From an uncultured Bacillota bacterium (GTDB taxonomy: Bacteria; Bacillota_I; Bacilli_A; RF39; UBA660), in contig CAOJZV010000004.1 of the NCBI GenBank assembly GCA_948466255.1, forward strand, positions 5,541-69,540: a DNA stretch of 64,000 nt. The letters run 5' to 3'. Both the position numbers and the translations under genes were made by a program. Positions 56,780-64,000 of the stretch are shown piece after piece (the first letter of the stretch is position 1; the number at the start of each line of letters is the position of its first letter). The notes under the pieces were generated by a model. The model had not been told where the DNA came from, ran no database searches, and saw nothing but the letters and a program-made list of their open reading frames with translations.

Positions 56780-59305
56780 ATGGAAAGAAAAGATGTAGAC
56801 TTAAATAAAGTAACTCCGATGATGAGACAATATTTAGAAATAAAAAATGCCAATGAAGATTTAATAATCTTTTTTAGACTTGGCGATTTTTATGAAATGT
56901 TTTTTGATGATGCAATTTTACTTTCTCGCGAACTTGAACTTACTTTAACTGGTAAATCATGTGGTTTGGATGAAAGAGTTCCAATGTGCGGGATACCTCA
57001 TCATGCAGCTAGTGGTTATATTGATAGATTAATTGAAAAAGGTTATAAAGTGGCAATTTGTGAACAAATAGAAGATCCTAAATTAGCTAAAGGAATTGTT
57101 AAAAGGGATATTGTTCAAATTATTAGTTCAGGAACAGTTATGAATGGTGAAACTTTAAAATCTGATGATTTTAATTTTATTGCGAATATAGTAGATTTTA
57201 AACATGCTTATGGTGTTAGTTATGCTGACGCATCTACTGGCGAAATATATGTTTTACTAGTACCTCATAATCCATCTAAAGTTGTTTCAGAAGTTATTAA
57301 TTTAGGCGCTAAAGAGGTTGTTATTACAGAAAAAGTAGATAAAGTTATTTATTCAATGCTTAAAAATCAATTTCATCTTCCAGTTACGATAACTGATAAT
57401 ACTAGCGATGATTATAAAAAAACTTATGAACATTTAACTGATCAAAGACATGTAGAAACAGTTAAACATTTAGTAACTTATATTGCGGGAAATCAAAAAC
57501 GTAGTTTAGACCATTTACAACCTGCCATGGTTAGAGAAAACAAAAGTTATTTAAAAATGGATGTTCATACTAAAAGAAATCTTGAACTTGTAGAAACTTT
57601 AAGACTTAAACAAAGAAATTATTCTTTAATTTGGCTTTTAGATAAAACTAAAACAGCTATGGGAGCAAGACTTCTTAAAAACTTTATTTTAAATCCATTA
57701 ATCGATAAAAAAACCATTGAAAGACGTTATGACTGTGTGGATACTTTACTTAAGGAATTTATTTTAAAAAGTGATTTAGAAGAATGCTTAAATGAGGTTT
57801 ATGACTTAGAAAGATTAAGTGGTAAAGTAGCTTTTGGTAATGCGAATGCTAGAGATATGTTACAACTTAAAAATTCAATTAAAGTTTTACCTAGTATTAA
57901 AGAAATTTTAGAAAAAATTAATTTTCATAAATCTTTAGAAACAGTAGATGGTTTATATGATTTACTTGAAAAGAGTATTTATGAAAACCCACCTATGGGA
58001 GTTAAAGAAGGGTATTTAATTAAGGAAGGTTATAGTTCTGAGCTTGATGAACTTAAAGAACTTCGTAAAGGTGGAAAAGATTTTGTTGCTCGTTTTGAAA
58101 TGGAAGAAAGAGAAAAAACTGGCATTAAAAATTTAAAGGTTGGCTATAATAGAGTATTTGGTTATTATATTGAAGTTAGTAAAGGTAATTTGGATTTAGT
58201 TAAAGATGAATATGGCTACCAAAGAAAACAAACTTTAGCTAACTGTGAAAGATATATAAGTCCAGTTTTAAAAGAAAAAGAAGCTTTAATTTTAAATGCT
58301 GAAGAAAAAATAATTGAACTTGAATATAGTCTATTTAATGAAATTCGTGATGAAGTTAAAAAATATATTCCTAAACTTCAAGAAATTGCGAAAGTAATTA
58401 GTGAAGCCGATGTTATGCAGTCATTTGCGACTGTAAGTGAAGAGAATAATTATGTTAGACCTACACTTACTGAAAGTGAACTTTATATCAAAGATTCAAG
58501 ACATCCAGTAGTTGAAAAAGTAATCGATGGGGAGTTTGTATCTAACGATATTTTAATGGACAAAAATACTAATATTTTACTTATTACTGGACCTAATATG
58601 GCTGGTAAATCTACTTATATGAGACAAATGGCTATCATTGCGATTATGGCTCAAATTGGTTGTTTTGTTCCAGCTAGTGAAGCTAAAATTCCAGTATTTG
58701 ATTCAATATTTACAAGAATAGGAGCTTCTGATGATTTAGTTAGTGGTGAATCAACGTTTATGGTTGAAATGATGGAAGCTAATAATGCGATTAGTAATGC
58801 GACTGATAAGAGTTTAATTTTATTTGATGAACTTGGTAGAGGAACGGCTACTTTTGATGGTATGGCTTTAGCTCAATCAATTATTGAATATATTCACAGT
58901 AATATTAAAGGCAAGACTTTCTTTTCAACGCATTATCATGAACTTACTGATTTAGAAGATACTTTAAGTGGACTTAAAAATATTCATGTAAGTGCTTATG
59001 AGGAAGATGGAAAAATTACTTTCCTTCATAAAATCAAAGAAGGTAGTGTTGATAAGAGTTATGGTATCCATGTTGCTAAACTAGCTAATTTACCTGATAG
59101 TCTTATTAAAAGAGCGTCTGATATTTTGAAAGTTTATGAAGGTAATGAAGCCAAAAGAGATGTTAAAATTCAAGAAGCTTTACCAATAGATGATTTAATT
59201 CCTAAAACGTCTAAAGTAGAAGAAGAACTTGAAAAAATAGATCCTTTAGAAGTAACTCCACTTGAAGCTTTAAATATTTTATATAAACTTAAAAATATTA
59301 AATAG
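56780..59305 (+). CDS. mutS: DNA mismatch repair protein MutS
   Basis: TPMMRQY, FFRLGDFYEMF, TGPNMAGKSTYMRQ, DELGRGTAT.DG, FSTHYHEL. Confidence 0.97.
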   Translation: MERKDVDLNKVTPMMRQYLEIKNANEDLIIFFRLGDFYEMFFDDAILLSRELELTLTGKSCGLDERVPMCGIPHHAASGYIDRLIEKGYKVAICEQIEDPKLAKGIVKRDIVQIISSGTVMNGETLKSDDFNFIANIVDFKHAYGVSYADASTGEIYVLLVPHNPSKVVSEVINLGAKEVVITEKVDKVIYSMLKNQFHLPVTITDNTSDDYKKTYEHLTDQRHVETVKHLVTYIAGNQKRSLDHLQPAMVRENKSYLKMDVHTKRNLELVETLRLKQRNYSLIWLLDKTKTAMGARLLKNFILNPLIDKKTIERRYDCVDTLLKEFILKSDLEECLNEVYDLERLSGKVAFGNANARDMLQLKNSIKVLPSIKEILEKINFHKSLETVDGLYDLLEKSIYENPPMGVKEGYLIKEGYSSELDELKELRKGGKDFVARFEMEEREKTGIKNLKVGYNRVFGYYIEVSKGNLDLVKDEYGYQRKQTLANCERYISPVLKEKEALILNAEEKIIELEYSLFNEIRDEVKKYIPKLQEIAKVISEADVMQSFATVSEENNYVRPTLTESELYIKDSRHPVVEKVIDGEFVSNDILMDKNTNILLITGPNMAGKSTYMRQMAIIAIMAQIGCFVPASEAKIPVFDSIFTRIGASDDLVSGESTFMVEMMEANNAISNATDKSLILFDELGRGTATFDGMALAQSIIEYIHSNIKGKTFFSTHYHELTDLEDTLSGLKNIHVSAYEEDGKITFLHKIKEGSVDKSYGIHVAKLANLPDSLIKRASDILKVYEGNEAKRDVKIQEALPIDDLIPKTSKVEEELEKIDPLEVTPLEALNILYKLKNIK

Positions 59306-59388
59306 AAAATTTATAGTTTAAAGGCTCAAAATCATTGTAACTTGAGTCTTTTTTTGTTATAATTAAATATGATAGGTGGCGGGTAAAT

Positions 59389-59739
59389 ATGAATAAGAAG
59401 GGACAAGCACTTGTAGAGTTTATTTTGATATTGCCAGTTATCTTAATGGTGTTTATGGCTTTAATTGATGTTGGCAGTATTTTTATTCAAAAAATTGATT
59501 TAAATAATTCTATGAATACAGTTAGTGAAATGTATCAAAATGGTGATAAAAAAGAACTTATGGCTTATGTGGCTAAAGAAGAATTAAAATACGATGAATT
59601 TGTATCTGGTGATATGGCTACATTAACGCTTAAAAAAAATATTGATGTTTCAGCACCAATACTTAGTAATGTTCTTGGTAAAAGATATCAGATAGAAACT
59701 TCTAAAGTAATTTATGCGGGTGAAAAAGATGAACAATAA
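59389..59739 (+). CDS. TadE-like pseudopilin
   Basis: KKG/QALVEFILILPV. Confidence 0.82.
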   Translation: MNKKGQALVEFILILPVILMVFMALIDVGSIFIQKIDLNNSMNTVSEMYQNGDKKELMAYVAKEELKYDEFVSGDMATLTLKKNIDVSAPILSNVLGKRYQIETSKVIYAGEKDEQ

Positions 59740-60100
59740 GGGGCAAGCTTTAGTTGTATTTGTTTTGGTTTTACCACTCATAATACTTATTATTGCTGGT
59801 GTTATGGAAATGGGGAAATTATCACTTACTAAAAATGAATATGAAAATAGTATAATTGATACAATTAATTATGGTTTAGATAATTTAGATAAAGAAAATG
59901 TTAAAGAGAAAATGACGGCATTACTTGATAAAAATATTAGTGGAACGAAAAATGTAGAAATTTCTGATGGAGTTATTAAAGTTCATGTTACTAGTAATTT
60001 AGATGGGATGTTTTCTAAATTGTTTAAAAGTCAGTATGATATTAATTTAACATATAAGGGTTATATTTCAGAAGGAAAGAAAAAGATAGTAAAAGATTAA
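59729..60100 (+). CDS. TadE/TadG-like pseudopilin
   Basis: NKG/QALVVFVLVLPL; translationally coupled. Confidence 0.75.
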   Translation: MNNKGQALVVFVLVLPLIILIIAGVMEMGKLSLTKNEYENSIIDTINYGLDNLDKENVKEKMTALLDKNISGTKNVEISDGVIKVHVTSNLDGMFSKLFKSQYDINLTYKGYISEGKKKIVKD

Positions 60101-60111
60101 GGAGGCACACT

Positions 60112-60855
60112 ATGGCATTAAATAACGCAAAAGTAATTACAGTTACTTCTGTAAAGGGAGGAACTGGTAAATCAACAACTGTTTTAAATTTAGCTGGTAT
60201 TTTATCTGAAATTGGTAAAAAAACAATTATTGTTGACTTAGATTTATATTCCGGTGTAATTGGTGCTAGCCTTAATTTAACTGATGGTAGTGACATTTAT
60301 ACTTTATGTGAGGATTTTGTAAATAATAGATTTGACCATTTTGAAAATTATGTTAGTAAGTATAATGATTATATTGATGTTTTAGCGGCACCAATAGATC
60401 CTAGAAGTAGTACTAAAGTAAAAGCTAAATATGTTAATATTATTTTATCTAGACTTAAATTACAATATGATGTTATTTTGATTGATACAAATCATGTTAT
60501 GGAACAAAATAATTTAGTTGCTTTAGATTTTAGCGATGAAATATTGTATGTGATTACTAATGATTTAATGGATTTAAAAAACATGAAAACAATGATTTCG
60601 ATTTATAAAGATATGAATAAAGATAATTATAAAATTATTTTAAATGAAGCAAGACTTAATAATACTAAGTATAATAATTCAGAAGTTAGTACTATCATAG
60701 GTAAAAGTGTTGATTATATAATTCCGAAGAATTTTTATAATCATAAAATTGAAGATTTTATTTATGATGGAAAAATAATGACTTTAGATAAAGGTATTTC
60801 TAAAAACAAAAATACTAATGTATTTAGAAAAATAATTAAAGATGTATTAGAATAG
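60112..60855 (+). CDS. CpaE/TadZ-like MinD-family ATPase (no receiver domain)
   Basis: SVKGGTGKST deviant Walker A, IVDLDL, YDVILIDT; in tad operon. Confidence 0.85.
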   Translation: MALNNAKVITVTSVKGGTGKSTTVLNLAGILSEIGKKTIIVDLDLYSGVIGASLNLTDGSDIYTLCEDFVNNRFDHFENYVSKYNDYIDVLAAPIDPRSSTKVKAKYVNIILSRLKLQYDVILIDTNHVMEQNNLVALDFSDEILYVITNDLMDLKNMKTMISIYKDMNKDNYKIILNEARLNNTKYNNSEVSTIIGKSVDYIIPKNFYNHKIEDFIYDGKIMTLDKGISKNKNTNVFRKIIKDVLE

Positions 60856-60865
60856 GAGGGGCATA

Positions 60866-62191
60866 ATGAATAAAAAGTTTACCGATGAATTTGATATAGA
60901 TATCGAAGAGGCTACTGTTACAACTGAAATGAATGATTACGATGCCTTTCCTGATAAGGTTTTACTTGAAAAACTTCGTAATGAAATTATTCAAAGCTTA
61001 ATTGATAATAATATTCAAAGTCATGAGTCTATGGATGATTTTATTAAAGTTCAAATTGATAAAATTATTGAAGGTTATGATTTAAGTAGTAGTGAAAGAA
61101 ACTATATTTATAATTTGATTGATAATGAAGTTAATGGATATGGACCTTTGACTGAGCTTTTAAAAGATAAAAATATAACTGAAATAATGGTTAATGGTAA
61201 AGATGAAATATATATTGAATTAGATGGTCATATAAGACGTGATAATACAACTAGTTTTGTTAATGATGAGCATATTGTTAGAGTAGTTCAAAAATTAGTT
61301 CAACCTTTAGGTAGAACTATTGATATTGCTCATCCAATGGTTGATGCCCGTTTAGATGATGGATCTCGTTTGAATGCGGTTTTACCACCACTTTCATTAA
61401 ATGGTCCTGTTCTTACTATCCGTAAGTTTAAAAGGGAACTTGCTAATATTGATGACTTTTTAAGAACTGGTACTTTAACACCTTATATGGCGAGATTTTT
61501 AGAAGCTTGTGTTCATGCGAAACTTAATATTTTAATTGTTGGAGGTACTGGTGCTGGTAAAACAACTTTATTGAATGTATTATCCGCATTTTGTTATCCA
61601 GATGAACGTATTATTACAATTGAGGATGCTGCAGAACTTAGACTTAAACAGGACCATGTAATTTCTCTCGAAACAAGGACAAACAATTATGAGGGTACAG
61701 GTATGGTTACTGTTCGTGATTTAGTTATCAACAGTTTACGTATGAGACCGGATAGAATTATTGTTGGTGAAGTTCGTGGTAAAGAAGCTTTTGATATGCT
61801 TCAAGCTATGAATACTGGTCATGACGGAAGTATGACTACAATGCATGCGAATAGTCCGGTGGATGCTTTAAATAGGCTTGAAACAATGGTTCTTATGAAT
61901 GGAGTAGAAATTCCAGTTGCAGCCATTCGTGAATATATTGAAAATGCCATAGATATTATTGTTCAAGTACGTAGATTTAGTGATGGACGAAGAAGAGTCA
62001 CTAGTATTACTGAGGTTACTGGAAGTAGAGATGGTGAAATAATCCAAAGAGAAATCTTTAAATTTAAACAAAATGGGGTATTACCTAATGGCGAAGTTAT
62101 TGGGGAATTCTTAATGCATAATTATGTTCCTAAAGTTTATGAAAAAATTAAAGCTAGAGGAATTAGTGAAATAGACGATATATTTAATTAG
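60866..62191 (+). CDS. cpaF: Tad pilus assembly ATPase CpaF/TadA
   Basis: [52 protein letters not shown]. Confidence 0.95.
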   Translation: MNKKFTDEFDIDIEEATVTTEMNDYDAFPDKVLLEKLRNEIIQSLIDNNIQSHESMDDFIKVQIDKIIEGYDLSSSERNYIYNLIDNEVNGYGPLTELLKDKNITEIMVNGKDEIYIELDGHIRRDNTTSFVNDEHIVRVVQKLVQPLGRTIDIAHPMVDARLDDGSRLNAVLPPLSLNGPVLTIRKFKRELANIDDFLRTGTLTPYMARFLEACVHAKLNILIVGGTGAGKTTLLNVLSAFCYPDERIITIEDAAELRLKQDHVISLETRTNNYEGTGMVTVRDLVINSLRMRPDRIIVGEVRGKEAFDMLQAMNTGHDGSMTTMHANSPVDALNRLETMVLMNGVEIPVAAIREYIENAIDIIVQVRRFSDGRRRVTSITEVTGSRDGEIIQREIFKFKQNGVLPNGEVIGEFLMHNYVPKVYEKIKARGISEIDDIFN

Positions 62192-62199
62192 GAGGAAAT

Positions 62200-63696
62200 A
62201 TGTTAGAAGGTGGATTGTTTAACATTGATAGTATGGTTAAACCGGCAAATAAAGATATTGTTGTCGTTTTTTCACCATCTTCTAATACTGCTAATTATAC
62301 TTATACTATTTATAAAGATAATAAAGTTTTTAATACTATTAATGTTAATGGAAATGTACCAAGTACAATTACTTTAGATGATAGTGGTAGTTATCAAATA
62401 TCTGTTGTTAGTCATGATTCTTTGGGTAAGAGTATCACTAGTAATAGTGGTATATATAATATTGATAAAGAGCCACCTGTTCTTACAATTCCAAAGGAAA
62501 GTATAACAATAAATAAGGGTGAAAATTTTGATGCCCATGAAGGTGTAAAGGCGACTGATAATCACGATGGGGATTTAACTACATCTATTAAAATTAATGA
62601 TTTTGATTTATCTGAAGAGGGGTCACATGACATTATATATACTGTTAGTGATGAAGCTGGAAATGTTACTAGTAAAACAGTAACTGTAAATGTGGATAGT
62701 GTTAATCATAATTTATTTATTTTACAAATTGCGATTATTATATTTTTGTTTTTACTTTTAATACCGATTTTTAAAATGCGTAAAACTTTTAAAATTGATA
62801 AGCGTCTTGATCCTTTTGTCATTGAATCTACTAAAGGTGAAAATATATCAATATTTGATCGTATATATATGTTTTATAATAGAATTAATGGTATGATTTT
62901 AAAAGTATTTGACAAGTCTGAATTTGCTAAAAAATATGCAAATAGATTAGATAAATATTCTAATATAAGTGTACTTCATAATTCAGGCTCTCAAATATTT
63001 GCTGGTAAAATATTTGTCGCAATTTTATTTGTAATTGTTGCAATAATTGCAACAACAATTCAATTTAAATTAATTTCAATTTATGAAATTGTTATTCCAT
63101 TTTTAGTAGGATTTTTCGTTTTTGATATTTTATATTTTGTAAAATATAAAGCCTATAGAGTAAAAATGGAAAATGATTTATTATCAGCAATTATTGTTAT
63201 GAATAATGCTTTTAAATCAGGAAGAAGTATTACACAAGCGATTGATATTGCTGGTGAAGAAATTTCTGGTGAAATTGGTAAAGAATTTAAGAAAATGGGG
63301 CTTGAACTTTCTTATGGCCTTGGTATAGATGTTGTTTTTAAAAGGTTTGCTGAAAGGGTGAATTTAGAAGAAGTTAATTATTTAACAGCTTCACTTACAA
63401 TTTTAAGCAAAACAGGAGGTAATATTACTAAGGTCTTTGATGCGATTGAAAAGACTATGTTTAATAAGAAGAAATTAAGATTAGAGCTTAAGTCTTTAAC
63501 TGGTAGCAGTAAGATAATTGTTTATGTATTATTTGCTGTTCCGTTTATATTTGTGTTATTTATAACTTTTATAAATCCATCATATTTTATGCCATTTGTG
63601 ACAACTAAACTTGGTATTATGTTACTAGTGGGTATGATTATCTATTACATAATATTTATAATTTGTGTAAGAAAAATCATGAAGGTGGTGATATAA
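62200..63696 (+). CDS. tadB: TadB (T2SS-F domain) with N-terminal Ig-like/DUF5011-type repeats
   Basis: N-terminal IDKEPPVL...ATDNHDGDLT...YTVSDEAGN Ig-like; C-terminal NAFKSGRSI.QA...KTGGNI T2SSF domain. Confidence 0.8.
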   Translation: MLEGGLFNIDSMVKPANKDIVVVFSPSSNTANYTYTIYKDNKVFNTINVNGNVPSTITLDDSGSYQISVVSHDSLGKSITSNSGIYNIDKEPPVLTIPKESITINKGENFDAHEGVKATDNHDGDLTTSIKINDFDLSEEGSHDIIYTVSDEAGNVTSKTVTVNVDSVNHNLFILQIAIIIFLFLLLIPIFKMRKTFKIDKRLDPFVIESTKGENISIFDRIYMFYNRINGMILKVFDKSEFAKKYANRLDKYSNISVLHNSGSQIFAGKIFVAILFVIVAIIATTIQFKLISIYEIVIPFLVGFFVFDILYFVKYKAYRVKMENDLLSAIIVMNNAFKSGRSITQAIDIAGEEISGEIGKEFKKMGLELSYGLGIDVVFKRFAERVNLEEVNYLTASLTILSKTGGNITKVFDAIEKTMFNKKKLRLELKSLTGSSKIIVYVLFAVPFIFVLFITFINPSYFMPFVTTKLGIMLLVGMIIYYIIFIICVRKIMKVVI

Positions 63697-64000
63697 ATGG
63701 ATGATAAAAAGTTAATAAGGAAAATTTACCGTAAACAGGAAATAGAAGATATTTCTAATAAACTTACTAGTTTAGGGGATTATACAAAATTTACTGCTTT
63801 ATCATTTTGTAATACTAGACTCTTTACTACATTATTTATTTTTATTATAATTATATTTGTAAGTAATAAAGGATATTTATATGCGCCTTTTGTAGCAATT
63901 GGGTATTATTATTTATTTTATTACATATTTATTACTAGAAGGCTTAAACAAAGAATAGCTAGGTTAGATTATCAAGCACTTCAATTTTTTGAAATTCTAA
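63697..64000 (+). CDS. tadC: TadC-like membrane protein (3'-truncated)
   Basis: ATG immediately after the tadB stop; frame open to the window end (MDDKKLIRKIYR...LQFFEIL) with 2 TMs; call rests mainly on operon position. Confidence 0.65.
   Translation, partial: MDDKKLIRKIYRKQEIEDISNKLTSLGDYTKFTALSFCNTRLFTTLFIFIIIIFVSNKGYLYAPFVAIGYYYLFYYIFITRRLKQRIARLDYQALQFFEIL

Noticed and set aside
1323-62565. Numerous short minus-strand ORFs (e.g. 1323-1550, 12221-12511, 15230-15601, 42946-43275, 49152-49448)
   Set aside because: Antisense shadows of well-supported + strand genes, with no RBS or motifs.
1-64000. CRISPR array, IS element, rRNA or alternative genetic code
   Set aside because: No regularly spaced repeats, transposase or rRNA-like segment seen; TGA acts as a stop (e.g. 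14430-14432) and Trp is encoded by TGG.

Overview
Very AT-rich bacterial chromosome segment read with translation table 11. Nearly all genes lie on the + strand and most promoters are extended -10 (TGnTATAAT). The gene content suggests a reduced, gut-type Bacillota genome (RF39-like Bacilli; taxonomy is inference). Bases ~1-34 kb are an accessory-rich mosaic: a VanRS-like two-component system with a C39 peptidase and VanZ, Bro-N/DinD paralogs, MerR-flavodoxin, TetR-ABC and other ABC exporters, and XRE genes. This half holds the two most notable loci: (i) an unassigned WYL-regulator-headed operon (NT5C-type HAD, HAD+PRTase fusion, PfkB+double-SIS fusion) and (ii) a ~580-nt OLE RNA followed by oapA. 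Bases ~34-64 kb are mostly core genes: add, uppS-cdsA-rseP, tRNA-Leu, desulfoferrodoxin, tRNA-Thr, mutL, cysteine desulfurase, ffh, a cotD-like gene, sufCDS, mutS and the start of a Tad pilus operon. They also contain an unannotated candidate type I toxin-antitoxin locus and a dockerin-bearing cell-wall hydrolase next to a putative anchoring partner. No CRISPR array, rRNA, transposase or integrase was seen. Family assignments come from motif recognition by eye; no searches were run.
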